In this document: positions 45,809-56,129 of the stretch, in pieces
Position numbering within the stretch: the first letter of the stretch is position 1
How the letters are laid out: each line of letters starts with the position of its first letter
Assembly: GCA_011065175.1 (NCBI GenBank)
Contig: JAAKFE010000001.1
Location: 10,374 to 74,373 of the forward strand
Length of the DNA stretch: 64,000 nt
Direction of reading: 5' to 3'
DNA from: Candidatus Anoxychlamydiales bacterium
Lineage (GTDB): Bacteria > Chlamydiota > Chlamydiia > Chlamydiales > SM23-39
The notes under the pieces: generated by a model
Told to the model about the DNA's origin: nothing
The model's input: the letters and a program-made list of their open reading frames with translations, nothing else
The model's database searches: none
Position numbers and translations under genes: made by a program

Positions 45809-46939
45809 TTAAGTAATATGAGGAACTTTTTTATCATGCTTTAAAAACCTAAGAAAAAAGATAATACTTATAATTATGAAAACCAAAGATATTAACCAAA
45901 TGGTTTGAGGAGAAACTTTTTGAAGGAAATAAACTATTACAATGGCTACTAGATAAGATAACGAATCCATCGATTCTATTATACCAAATATTTTACCATG
46001 ATCGTGATGATGACGTTTTCTAGTAAATAGACAATATACACACGAATAAACAAGAGAATAATTAAATCCAAAAAATAACATCAAAGCAATTGAATAAATT
46101 GGATTAGTTAAATGAAATATTTGAGATAATAAAAGAAATAAAAAACAAAAAAAAGTAGCACCGATAGCATAAATAAAAACTTTTTCATCACTTATTTTTG
46201 AAAATTTCAAAAATATCATCCCCAAAAAGGCACCGGAAATCATCTCAATAGGAGCTACTTTAGATAAAAACCCATCAAATACTTCTGATCTAAATGCAAA
46301 CTGATAAAGCGATATTTCTAAAAAGAAATAACCAATTACCCCCATAATAAAATATTTATGTTTTAAAAAATTATGATAGATATATACAAATTCCTCTCGA
46401 ATTGATAAGCGCTTTGGCAACTCTCTATCTTTAATATCTTTGAATATAAAGAAAACTAATATTGTACATAATATCACCAAAGCAAAAGCTATTATTAAAA
46501 GCGTATTGGGCTCAAGAAAATTTTTTGAAACAACCTGTGAATAATCCCCTACAAAATAATAAAAAAGCGACATACATACAAAAAAACGAAAGTTCATAAA
46601 TTTTCTTGTTATATCTTTAAATGCAGATACAGCGATAGGGGTAACATTACCAGCGATTCCCAGCATCAGAATATAAATGATTAAATAAACTACATTGTGC
46701 CATAGAAGCCAAAATACAAAAAACACCGAAGCTACTAAGTTAATCAGCATGGCAAAAACAATACTTTTTTTCCGGCAATAATAATCTGATAATCCTCCTT
46801 GGATAGGAGCTGAGAAAAATGCAAAAAAACTAACAGCTAAAGGAATAATTATTTTATCTCTCACACTCGGATCTACTCTGATTATCGAAATATAAATAAA
46901 TTGAGTAGTTAAAATGCAAAAAAGCAGTAATTGGTGCAT
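45809..46939 (-). CDS. MFS-like transporter (376 aa)
   Basis: 10-12 predicted TM helices. Loop motif GGLSDYYCRKKS resembles the MFS G-x-L-S-D-R-x-G-R-R signature. Confidence 0.6.
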   Translation of the reverse strand: MHQLLLFCILTTQFIYISIIRVDPSVRDKIIIPLAVSFFAFFSAPIQGGLSDYYCRKKSIVFAMLINLVASVFFVFWLLWHNVVYLIIYILMLGIAGNVTPIAVSAFKDITRKFMNFRFFVCMSLFYYFVGDYSQVVSKNFLEPNTLLIIAFALVILCTILVFFIFKDIKDRELPKRLSIREEFVYIYHNFLKHKYFIMGVIGYFFLEISLYQFAFRSEVFDGFLSKVAPIEMISGAFLGMIFLKFSKISDEKVFIYAIGATFFCFLFLLLSQIFHLTNPIYSIALMLFFGFNYSLVYSCVYCLFTRKRHHHDHGKIFGIIESMDSLSYLVAIVIVYFLQKVSPQTIWLISLVFIIISIIFFLRFLKHDKKVPHIT

Positions 46940-47059
46940 AAAATATCCTTAAAATTTAACTATATATTTTTCTTTATTTTTTTTCTAAAAATCTAAAAAT
47001 TATTTAATGAAAAAGATCTCGTGAATCAAAAGACATCTTGATTTTTTTAATTTAAATTA

Positions 47060-47536
47060 TTATCCCATACTAGGACCAGGTGTTGATGATCTAATACAAC
47101 CGCTTGCACTCCTAGGACGATGAATACATCCAAATCTTATTAAATGTATTTCATCCCATTTTTCTTGTTTTTCAATTTCAACTATAAGTTTTCTTATTTT
47201 TCCAATGGTTACATCTGCATCACTTTTAAAATTTCGAAATACCCAATTTCTCAAAAAAGAATCTGCTAAATAACTGACATTATGAAATTTTGCATCATGT
47301 AAAAGTTTTTGGACATACATTTTAACATCAAAAAAAACATCTATTTGAGGATATAGAATGCACTTGATTTTTATTGCAATATTTTGCCAAAGCTCATTAT
47401 CACTTACGAAATTACACCAAAATCTTCCAAGAGCTCTAACAGCTTTGAGATCGGTAATATCTAAACCTTGTTTTAAAATATTTAATAAAACCTCTTCAGG
47501 CATATTTTCGAGCAAAAAAGGAGGGTTTATTGACAT
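47060..47536 (-). CDS. F-box domain protein
   Basis: LENMPEEVLLNILKQGLDITDLKAVRALGRFWCNFVSDNELWQNI follows the F-box consensus LP-x-E-hh-x-x-I-h-x-x-L ... L-x-x-h-x-x-V-x-(R/K)-x-W-x-x-h-h-x-D-x-x-LW. Confidence 0.7.
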   Translation of the reverse strand: MSINPPFLLENMPEEVLLNILKQGLDITDLKAVRALGRFWCNFVSDNELWQNIAIKIKCILYPQIDVFFDVKMYVQKLLHDAKFHNVSYLADSFLRNWVFRNFKSDADVTIGKIRKLIVEIEKQEKWDEIHLIRFGCIHRPRSASGCIRSSTPGPSMG

Positions 47537-47591
47537 GTTTTTTTTAGACGTTTGTTTTTTTGAAAAATAATCTTACAAAAATACTTTTTTT

Positions 47592-49097
47592 TTGCTACAA
47601 AAATTTATTGGGGGTAATAAATTGAGAGTCGTAAATATAGCAGCAGAGCTAGCGCCAATAGCAAAGGTAGGAGGCCTTGGAGATGTTGTAGGAGGACTTA
47701 CAAGTGAATTAGTTAGAAAAGGCATAGATGCGATAGTTATTTTACCTAAATACAAAAATCTAAAAACTAGCTTTTTAAAAGACCTAAAAATTTACAAAAA
47801 AAACCTTAAAATTTTTGAAAAAAAAAGATGGCAAAAAAACACTATATATTCAGCAAAACTAAATAAAGTTCAAATTTTTTTAATAGAAGACAATAAAAAC
47901 TATTTTTCAAAACCAAAAATTTATGGTTATAGATCTGATGTGACTAGATTTTTATATTTTTGTAAAGCAGCTCTAGAATTTTTAAAATCTCAAAATATTA
48001 AAATCGATATCTTACATATTCATGATTGGCATACAGCTTTTGTAGCTCCCCTTTATAAAGAGATTTACTCAAAAGAAAATTTAAAAGTAAAAAAAATCGT
48101 ACTTTCTATTCACAACCTAAAATATCAAGGATTTTGCAAACCCAAAGACATAGATAATCTAGGGTTTGATGGAAAATATTTTTTAAAAGATGAAAAGCTA
48201 AAAGATCCAAATAGAGAAAGAACTTTAAATCTTTTAAAAGGCGGACTTATTTATTCAAATTTAATAGTTCCTGTATCTGAAAACTACGCAAAAGAAATCT
48301 TAGTCAAAAAAAATGAACAAAACCTCCATAAAGTTTTAGAAAAAAACAAAAAAAAGATAAAAGGAATTTTAAATGGACTTGATCCAAAATATTGGGATCC
48401 AAAAACAGATAGATTTTTAAAACATAAATTTTCTAAAGATCTACCAATAAAAAAATTAATAGATCAAAAAAAGAAAAACAAAAAAGATCTACAAAAATAT
48501 TTAAATCTAAATCTTGATGAAAAGCCTCTTATTTGCTCAATTGGAAGACTAGTTCCTCAAAAAGGACCTAGCTTAATAAAAAAATCCTTGCTGACAGCAA
48601 TAAATAATAGAGCTCAGTTTGTTTTGCTGGGAGATGTCTTTGATAAAAAAACTGCAAAAGAGTTTTATAAACTAAAAAGTGATTTAAAAAATAATAAAGA
48701 TGTTTCAATTTTATTTGAGCATAATGAAAAACTTGCACACCTCATTTTTGCGGCAGCAGATTTTGTTATCATCCCATCTTTATTTGAGCCTTGTGGGCTA
48801 ACTCAAATGATAGGTTTTAAATATGGCGCGATTCCAATTATTAGAAAAACAGGAGGACTAGCTGACACTGTTTTTGATTTAGATGATAAAAAACTAAAAA
48901 AAAGTAAAAGAAATGGTTTTTCATTTGATGACTTTAGTGAATATCAAGTTAAGATAACAACTAAAAGAGCTCTAAATTTTTGGTATTTGAAAAATCAAAA
49001 ATTTTACTTACTTGTCAAAAAAAATATGGAGCTTAATTTTTCTTGGACTTCTTCTGCAAACAAGTATATAAAAGCTTACAAAAATTTACTGAAATAA
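47592..49097 (+). CDS. glgA: glycogen synthase
   Basis: LRVVNIAAELAPIAKVGGLGDVVGGL, HIHDWHTA, GRLVPQKG and SLFEPCGLTQM. The true start is probably the TTG at 47622, which is preceded by GGGGGT. Confidence 0.9.
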   Translation: MLQKFIGGNKLRVVNIAAELAPIAKVGGLGDVVGGLTSELVRKGIDAIVILPKYKNLKTSFLKDLKIYKKNLKIFEKKRWQKNTIYSAKLNKVQIFLIEDNKNYFSKPKIYGYRSDVTRFLYFCKAALEFLKSQNIKIDILHIHDWHTAFVAPLYKEIYSKENLKVKKIVLSIHNLKYQGFCKPKDIDNLGFDGKYFLKDEKLKDPNRERTLNLLKGGLIYSNLIVPVSENYAKEILVKKNEQNLHKVLEKNKKKIKGILNGLDPKYWDPKTDRFLKHKFSKDLPIKKLIDQKKKNKKDLQKYLNLNLDEKPLICSIGRLVPQKGPSLIKKSLLTAINNRAQFVLLGDVFDKKTAKEFYKLKSDLKNNKDVSILFEHNEKLAHLIFAAADFVIIPSLFEPCGLTQMIGFKYGAIPIIRKTGGLADTVFDLDDKKLKKSKRNGFSFDDFSEYQVKITTKRALNFWYLKNQKFYLLVKKNMELNFSWTSSANKYIKAYKNLLK

Positions 49098-49673
49098 AAA
49101 TTTTTTCATATATTTTCTATTGGCATAGATGTAATCTACAGCACTAATAACACTATATATAGCAGCTATTGAAACGAGGCCTAAAGAGGCCCATCTTAAA
49201 GTCTCGAGTGAGATGTAGCCTAAAGTAAACGGAATTAATAATAAAACAACAATAATACTAACAACTGCTTGCAAAAAAGTTTTAATTTTACCACTTTTCC
49301 TAGCAGCTAAAGCCACTCCTTTAAGAGCACAAATGGTTCTAAGTGTGTTTATAAAAAACTCTCGATACAAGAACACAAATACCAATAAAATTGGGATATC
49401 TATCCAGCTTTGAGTGAATGTAAAAAAAACTGAGATATTAGTGATACTATCTGCCATAGGATCCATGACTTTACCAAGATCGGTTACTTGATTTCTTTTT
49501 CTAGCTAAAAATCCATCTACTAAATCGGTAAGCTCACAAAAAATTAAAATAAAAAGCAAGATATATGGCATCCAAAAAAGATTGATTCTTAAAAAGTCAT
49601 ATTTCAAATAAACAAGAGGAAAAAAAGGGATAATAACTATTCTAAGTAGTGTTACATAATTTGCTATATTCAT
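49086..49673 (-). CDS. pgsA: CDP-diacylglycerol--glycerol-3-phosphate 3-phosphatidyltransferase
   Basis: CDP-alcohol phosphatidyltransferase motif DLVDGFLARKRNQVTDLGKVMDPMADS. Confidence 0.85.
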   Translation of the reverse strand: MNIANYVTLLRIVIIPFFPLVYLKYDFLRINLFWMPYILLFILIFCELTDLVDGFLARKRNQVTDLGKVMDPMADSITNISVFFTFTQSWIDIPILLVFVFLYREFFINTLRTICALKGVALAARKSGKIKTFLQAVVSIIVVLLLIPFTLGYISLETLRWASLGLVSIAAIYSVISAVDYIYANRKYMKKFLFQ

Positions 49674-49732
49674 TTATATCCTAAAAAAAACTAGTTGGAG
49701 TTTAATGAAATCTCTTAAATATTAGCAAGCTA

Positions 49733-50752
49733 TTATCTTTGCTTTATAGCAAGTTGGCCACAAGAAGCTAAAATATCGTTTCCTTTGGTATATCTTTGAG
49801 AAACGTTCATTTTTTTAGACAGCAAAAAGGATTTGAATTCAAAAGTTTTTTTATGGTTGGGTCTTTTAAAATTTAAACCTTCTATCTCGTTATATGGAAT
49901 TAAATTAATTGAGCATTGAATATCTTTTAAAAGCAAATACAGTTTTTTTGCGCATTCAATAGAATCATTGATATCTTCTATTAAAATATATTCAAAAGAA
50001 ATATCTCTTTTTGTATTAAAAGCATAATCGTTTAAAGAAGAGATTAGATCACTAAGCTTATATTTCTTTGTATATGGCATTATTTTTTTTCTTATCTCAT
50101 CTGTTGGCGCATGCAAAGATAGAGCTAAATTAACTTTTAGATCTTTTTCTCTTAACTTTTCAATATTCTCTAAAATACCAGCTGTTGAAACTGTAATTTT
50201 TCTTTGAGATATTTTTAGATATTTTTCATTAGATATTATTTTTATAGCTTTTATGAGCTCTTCTAAATTTAAAAGAGGCTCTCCCATTCCCATAAAAACG
50301 ATATGGGTTGGTTTTTCATTTATATCATTTGCAACCTGTAGAATCTGCTCTATTATCTCAAAAGCTAATAGATTTCTGAAAAACCCTTTTTTTCCAGATG
50401 CACAAAATGTACATTTAACGGGGCAACCTACCTGAGAAGAGACGCAAATAGTTTTTCTTTTATCGGATAGAATAAGTACAGCTTCAATAAAATAACCATC
50501 TGCTAATTCAAATAAATACTTTTTAGTCTCTTGATCTTTAGATTCTTCTGTTTTTTTTAGTTTTAAAGAGAATAAAGAGTAGTTTTTTTTCAAAAAATTT
50601 CTTAAATCTTTTGATAGATTTGTCATCTCATCAAATGATTTTACCCCTTTTTTGAAAATCCATTCAAAAATTTGGTTTAAGCTAAAAGCTTTATATCCCT
50701 TATTTTTAAAAGTTTCTTTTAAATCTGTCTCATTGTAACTTAAAATACTCAT
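49733..50752 (-). CDS. rlmN: 23S rRNA/tRNA m2A methyltransferase RlmN (radical SAM)
   Basis: CVSSQVGCPVKCTFCASG, FMGMGEPLLN and the C-terminal ILASCGQLA. Confidence 0.9.
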   Translation of the reverse strand: MSILSYNETDLKETFKNKGYKAFSLNQIFEWIFKKGVKSFDEMTNLSKDLRNFLKKNYSLFSLKLKKTEESKDQETKKYLFELADGYFIEAVLILSDKRKTICVSSQVGCPVKCTFCASGKKGFFRNLLAFEIIEQILQVANDINEKPTHIVFMGMGEPLLNLEELIKAIKIISNEKYLKISQRKITVSTAGILENIEKLREKDLKVNLALSLHAPTDEIRKKIMPYTKKYKLSDLISSLNDYAFNTKRDISFEYILIEDINDSIECAKKLYLLLKDIQCSINLIPYNEIEGLNFKRPNHKKTFEFKSFLLSKKMNVSQRYTKGNDILASCGQLAIKQR

Positions 50753-50865
50753 AATGCATTAGATTATAAGCCTTTTGAGATTTCATTGAAATCATTTAAA
50801 ATCTGAAAATTTGCTATAAAATTAAAATTTTTTTTATAAAAAAAACTACTCTTTTAAATCTTTGT

Positions 50866-52212
50866 TCATTCAACTACCACTTGTTTAGCAACTTTTTCTT
50901 CTTGAAATGGCGCTGATATTTTATCTCTAAGCAAAAATATCCCTATCAAATTTATCGTAATTAAAGCACCACCTGATAGTGACATTACTAAAAGCGGCAC
51001 TCTTTGAGAAAAAAACGAAAACAAAATCAGTGAAAAAATGGCATATAGATAATATATTTTAGCCCCTCTTTTTGGACTTAAATAATTTGCACATTTTATA
51101 CCAACAACAAAGTAAGCAATAATTGTTGAATAGCCTGTTAAAACCAGAAAAATTGGCATAAAAATATTCATATGAGGAAAATATTTACTAAAAGCTAATT
51201 GTATCAATTTTGAACCTTCAATTGTAGCTCCCATCTGCCAAATTGAGCTCATGAGCACTACTAATATGCTAAGAGTACAGATAAAATTATCTATAAAAAT
51301 CCCTAAAATGGATAATGCAGCTTGGCTCTCTGGTTTTTTATTAGAAGATTGAGAATTTATTATTGAGTCATATCCAATTCCAATATCACCAGAATATACA
51401 GCTGTAGATATCCCTTGCTTTATAGCAATAATTAAACTAGAGCCTGCAAAACCACCGATTGCTGCATGACCAGTAAAGGCACTATTAAACACTAAAGACA
51501 TAACTTCTTTTAAAAGAGCAAAATTTTTAATGATAATAAAAAAACACATGCCAGAGTAAAAAACCATAAAAAATGGCATTAAAACACTTGAAATTTTTGC
51601 AACTCTTTTAATCCCTCCACTGCAGGCATATAAAATTATTGCTAAAAAAGCAAAAACTATAAAGAGTTTATTAAAATGTAAATTGTCTGATAAAGAATCG
51701 CAAATTACATTAAATTGATAGATCTCCACTCCATAAATACAAAGTAAAATAGCAACAATAATAGGAAAGACATTTGATTTTAAGGCAGCTTTTAAATAAT
51801 ACATAGGCCCGCCTTCAAATTGATTTCCTTTCGTTATTCTATATTTCATACCAAGAAAAATCTCTGAGTATTTTATCAAAGCTCCAAATGGAGCTGCAAG
51901 CCACACCCAAAATAGTGAGCCTGGTCCCCCAATTTGAATAGCAGTAATAACTCCAACAACATTCCCAATACCTACCATTCCTCCAACGGAGCTGAAAAAT
52001 ATTTTTATAGGATGAATACCTTTATCTTTTTCTACATTTTTAGAAGCTTTAAAAAACTCTAGTACAATGAGTTTTAGTTTTAAAATTTGAAAAAATCTAA
52101 ATTTTATAGATAGATATATCCCTAAAAAAGCCACTAAAACAAATCCAACATATCCCCAAAACATAGTATCTAAATAGTTTAAAAAACTATAAATCTGATT
52201 AAAAATCGACAT
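50866..52212 (-). CDS. sodium:alanine (AGCS family) symporter
   Basis: FFSSVGGMVGIGNVVGVITAIQIGGPGSLFWVWLAAPFGALIKYSE is typical of the AGCS family. Confidence 0.85.
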   Translation of the reverse strand: MSIFNQIYSFLNYLDTMFWGYVGFVLVAFLGIYLSIKFRFFQILKLKLIVLEFFKASKNVEKDKGIHPIKIFFSSVGGMVGIGNVVGVITAIQIGGPGSLFWVWLAAPFGALIKYSEIFLGMKYRITKGNQFEGGPMYYLKAALKSNVFPIIVAILLCIYGVEIYQFNVICDSLSDNLHFNKLFIVFAFLAIILYACSGGIKRVAKISSVLMPFFMVFYSGMCFFIIIKNFALLKEVMSLVFNSAFTGHAAIGGFAGSSLIIAIKQGISTAVYSGDIGIGYDSIINSQSSNKKPESQAALSILGIFIDNFICTLSILVVLMSSIWQMGATIEGSKLIQLAFSKYFPHMNIFMPIFLVLTGYSTIIAYFVVGIKCANYLSPKRGAKIYYLYAIFSLILFSFFSQRVPLLVMSLSGGALITINLIGIFLLRDKISAPFQEEKVAKQVVVE

Positions 52213-52635
52213 AAAACAACTCCAAAATTAAAAATTTTTATATTTATTTAATGAAAAAAAATGAATTACTTACGCTTTGATCTGCATTTAGATTGCTTGA
52301 TAAAACTAAAAGATTTGAAAGATTTTGTATTAGATAATTTTTTGATTTTGATTTTTAAAATATTTAAACTGCACGTTATACCTAAATTGTCCATAAAACT
52401 AAAAGCACTCATAAAATGCCTCCTCCTATTGTACTTTTCTTGGTTAAACCCTATTGTACATAAAAAAAGAGAATTTACAAAGAACTACTTAATATTTTTA
52501 ATGGAAAATTAAAATTAAAAATAACTTTATATTTGATTAGATCTTATTTATTTCTAATTTAGATAAATTAATTGAATCAAAATGTTAAAAACCTTATAAT
52601 AATGAAATATAAAAAAAAACTATTAATATATTTTT

Positions 52636-53370
52636 ATGTCTTTTTCAATCAATCTTGAATCAAATAGATTTTGGTATTTTCAAATTCCTACTTTATTAAT
52701 ATCTACTCACGTTACGCGAGGCTTATGCAAAATAGCTGGATATGAATGTTTAGCGCATGCAACAAGTTTTACTAATTACATTTCTATTTTAAAATCAGGT
52801 GGTAATCCAAGCAAAGGAGGAGAAACTACAAAATTAGCAGTAAATTCTGAACTAGGCGACAGAGCAAATAACTATTTTTATGTATTTAGAGATTCTACGA
52901 TTACCTTACAAAGCCTGATATCGCCAGAAGGTCCGCAAAGTATAAGAGAAAAAATTGGAGTTTTTTGTGTAAAATCAATTTATAGAAGAATTTTCCCTTT
53001 CCCTCACAGCTATTATTCTTATATTGCTCAATGCAAAAAAAAACATTCATCATTATCCAATATTTCCAAATGGATTATTCTTAGCAGTATTTTTTGTTCG
53101 ATATTTACTCCACAAATACGATTCATTTATACTTTAGAAGAGATTTCAACAATAGCAAAAGATGATGATGATTATGCTATGGGACTTGCCTATAAAACAT
53201 CGCATCATTTACCATGCGATAGAATCGGAATATTAGGCTTTCTAAAGCACCTCCAAAAGGATCATATACTAAAACATATAAATAATCATCCCTCTAAAGT
53301 AATTCAGGGCATTGGGCAATTTGCTCTTGGAATTTTTCTCACTTATAAAGGTTTGGGACTTTTTTTTTAA
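52636..53370 (+). CDS. hypothetical protein with extreme C-terminal hydrophobic tail
   Basis: 244-aa ORF. The last 20 aa, GIGQFALGIFLTYKGLGLFF, are hydrophobic. No catalytic motif recognised. Confidence 0.5.
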   Translation: MSFSINLESNRFWYFQIPTLLISTHVTRGLCKIAGYECLAHATSFTNYISILKSGGNPSKGGETTKLAVNSELGDRANNYFYVFRDSTITLQSLISPEGPQSIREKIGVFCVKSIYRRIFPFPHSYYSYIAQCKKKHSSLSNISKWIILSSIFCSIFTPQIRFIYTLEEISTIAKDDDDYAMGLAYKTSHHLPCDRIGILGFLKHLQKDHILKHINNHPSKVIQGIGQFALGIFLTYKGLGLFF

Positions 53371-53512
53371 ATATTTTTGAATTTTTCTATAATATGATTT
53401 TTCTGTTATGAAATGAATTGACTATTTCGGATAAATGTACACTTTTAATAGAAGATGGCTTGAATAATTTTGAGCTAAAAGATTAACTCTTATTTATTTC
53501 TATTAACAAAAT

Positions 53513-55147
53513 CTAATTAATTGAAACTTTTCTTTTTTTTCTAATCTTTTTTAAAAGAGCTTTCTTTAAAAGAACTTTTTTTGCTGCAAAATAGCTTTTT
53601 TTAGCTACCATTTTATCTTCAATTTTTCTGGTTTGGAATGCTACATTTTTGGATTTAATAATAATTTCTTTTTGCTCATCTTGATTTGTTAGCTTTAAAA
53701 ACCGTTTGTTTAAAAAGACTACACTTAATGTCCAAACAGCGATAACACCAAATAAGATAAGTGCGATATATGGCACAATAACGGCTAGTGATCCAAAAAT
53801 GATTATTAAAGCTTGAAGTAAGAAAGCGCCTCCTGCCTTTGAGAATTTGATAACTAAAATATCGATAGCTGCCTTTCCTTTTGTTCTAGATATATTATCT
53901 AAAGGGATATATGCCATCTCTTTTGTAGGCTCATAAAAAGAGAATTTAAAACATTTAGCCAAAGCATTTTGAATAGCGCCAAAAACAATTGCCATTACTA
54001 ATGTAGAAGTGCCAAAAAAGCCTACAAAACCATTTAGCTGATCTTTAAAGATAATAAAACCAAAAGATCCAATAGCTGCGAGTAAAAACACTAAAGGGGT
54101 AACAAGAGCTGCTTTTTTCCATCCAAATTTTCGTATTACACCGCCTCCGACAAACAGCATTATCAATGTTAAAATTGATACTATAGATGAAAAATATCCT
54201 ATAAATGCTGAGTAATCACAAGGATGTGGAAATTGTTGTTTTAATTGATTCTTCCACACTATATCGGCAAAACTAACTGATATGGAGTATCCCATAACGA
54301 TTCCAGCAATTAAAAGAAGATATCTGGATTTTAAAATAAATTTTAAAGCCTCTATTACAGAGGTTTTTTCTTTTTCATTTTTAATATTGTTTTTTTCATC
54401 TATTTTAAATCTTTTATCTGTAAGAACATATCTATTTATCCAGTAATATACTCCCATGATCGATAATCCTGAGATAAATAAGATACTCATTAAATATTTT
54501 AGAGTTACTCCCCAAGAATCTACAATGGCTAATTTACCTACATTTGAAAAATAAATATTTGTTGGTCCTGCTACCATCATAGCTATAGCAGCTCCTATTC
54601 CAAAAAGTGAATAAAATCTTTTAGACTCAGATATTTTGGTAGTATCATTTGAAAATCCCCAAAATAGAAAAGAGACGCCTACAGTTCCCCAAAGCTCACT
54701 TAACGCATAAAATAAAGAAAAAGTCCAATTTCTAATAAGAGCAACTCCTCCTGAAAATCCCCTTGGCAAAAGAGCTTCCAATTTATCTGCAAATGCATGG
54801 GGATGCAAAACATCTTTTAAAGGATACAAAACAAACCCAAAAAGAAGATAAAACGATATAAAAAAACCTATAATTGAATAAAACAAAGTTTTTTTTGAAA
54901 GTTTTCTAGATAGCTTTGAATATACAAACATAAATAAAAGAGCTAAAGGAAGCGTTCCCCAAAGCTTTAAAAAAGCGATAGTTTCTGCACCAGATCCCCT
55001 AGCCGTAACTATCAACGGCTCATTTATATCTTTTAAAATGGTGTAATTAAAAACAAAAAAGAAACACATCAAAAACATCGGAATCACTTTTTTTAGCTCA
55101 ACTTTTTGAATTGGCCAAAAAAAAGATCTTAGGTTTTTAAGTAGCAT
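53513..55147 (-). CDS. ntt: ATP/ADP (nucleotide) translocase, Npt/Tlc family
   Basis: FFWPIQKVELKKVIPMFLMCFFFVFNYTILKDINEPLIVTARGSGAETIAFLKLWGTLP and a 12-TM layout are characteristic of chlamydial/rickettsial Tlc. AAGGAAAG SD upstream. Confidence 0.9.
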   Translation of the reverse strand: MLLKNLRSFFWPIQKVELKKVIPMFLMCFFFVFNYTILKDINEPLIVTARGSGAETIAFLKLWGTLPLALLFMFVYSKLSRKLSKKTLFYSIIGFFISFYLLFGFVLYPLKDVLHPHAFADKLEALLPRGFSGGVALIRNWTFSLFYALSELWGTVGVSFLFWGFSNDTTKISESKRFYSLFGIGAAIAMMVAGPTNIYFSNVGKLAIVDSWGVTLKYLMSILFISGLSIMGVYYWINRYVLTDKRFKIDEKNNIKNEKEKTSVIEALKFILKSRYLLLIAGIVMGYSISVSFADIVWKNQLKQQFPHPCDYSAFIGYFSSIVSILTLIMLFVGGGVIRKFGWKKAALVTPLVFLLAAIGSFGFIIFKDQLNGFVGFFGTSTLVMAIVFGAIQNALAKCFKFSFYEPTKEMAYIPLDNISRTKGKAAIDILVIKFSKAGGAFLLQALIIIFGSLAVIVPYIALILFGVIAVWTLSVVFLNKRFLKLTNQDEQKEIIIKSKNVAFQTRKIEDKMVAKKSYFAAKKVLLKKALLKKIRKKRKVSIN

Positions 55148-55557
55148 TTACTTTCCTTATAACTTTTTAAAGCGCCTATATTTTAAGAGATAGCACCCCT
55201 TTTAATAAAGACATCTCTTTAGCTGCGCTTAAAATGAAAAAATTATTACATATTAAAAATGCTGAAGATAAAAGAAGCATCTGTTTTTTGATTATTTTAG
55301 GAGTTATTAAAAAAGATTTTACTTTATTTTTTAGTTTATTCATAAGTTAATCCCGTTTTTTTTTATTAAACTACATTATAGACTGCCTGCAATTAAACTA
55401 AAAAGAAATCAGGAATTAAAATAATTACACTTTATTATAATTATTTATTTATTAAAAAAAAACATTAATTAGAAACGCGAATTGCTACCTTAAACCTTTG
55501 AGATATTTTGCTTTAAAATCTTAAAAAAAGATTTTAATAAAAAATTCCCTATTGATA

Positions 55558-55764
55558 CTAACCTAGAGCAGCTTTAGCAATTACTTGTATTAACGTAGCT
55601 GTTACTAAAGAAGGAATTACATATGATGAGAGTCCCCCTCTACGATGGTGATATTGATTTGGAGCATTTCTTCTGCTTCTACTAGATAAAACCTTTTGAC
55701 TTATTAGCGCCACACTTGTAGCTAATCCGAGAGTTATACAACTATATTCTATATGTGTATTCAT
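55558..55764 (-). CDS. small hypothetical membrane protein (68 aa), uncertain
   Basis: Two hydrophobic segments (CITLGLATSVALI and VIPSLVTATLIQVIAKAAL) separated by a basic loop. Locally higher GC. Confidence 0.3.
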   Translation of the reverse strand: MNTHIEYSCITLGLATSVALISQKVLSSRSRRNAPNQYHHRRGGLSSYVIPSLVTATLIQVIAKAALG

Positions 55765-55801
55765 TATTTTTTGATTAGCAGATATTAAAAAAACAAGAGC
55801 A

Positions 55802-56020
55802 TTAAACGCAGCTAAAAGGATAAATGTTTCCTTGATCGCAACTTTTTTTTACTTCAGCATGTATATGATGATCATATTGAACCCAGAACTTTCTTGCAAA
55901 ATTACGAGTGACGGCTTCTGACTCATCTGTTTCATCACCTACAAGAATTCTGGTAACCGGAGGGGGCGGAGGATTAAAAAAATCATTGTTAAATAATAAA
56001 TTCTTTATGTCACGGAACAT
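55802..56020 (-). CDS. small hypothetical protein (72 aa), uncertain
   Basis: Contains PPPPP and an acidic patch. No motif recognised. Confidence 0.3.
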   Translation of the reverse strand: MFRDIKNLLFNNDFFNPPPPPVTRILVGDETDESEAVTRNFARKFWVQYDHHIHAEVKKSCDQGNIYPFSCV

Positions 56021-56129
56021 ATAAAGTTCTCCTGTTTTCCTAAAAATGACTATATTAAAACATAAAATGAAACTAATTAAAAATTAAATATATTTTTATA
56101 AATAAACAATTAAATTATTCAAAAAATTT

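Noticed and set aside
52261-52512. An 83-aa ORF in the intergenic region between the AGCS symporter and the 52636 gene.
   Set aside because: It has no SD sequence, an extreme L/I/K/F composition and no motif. It is probably non-coding promoter DNA. A 10-bp direct repeat (cctattgtac x2) within it is too short to interpret.
55170-55230. Nested inverted repeats (aagcgc...gcgctt enclosing aagagat...atctctt) in the 5' leader of the ntt gene, just upstream of its SD.
   Set aside because: The stems are only 6 and 7 bp. In DNA this AT-rich such pairings are expected by chance. I have no conservation or covariation evidence.
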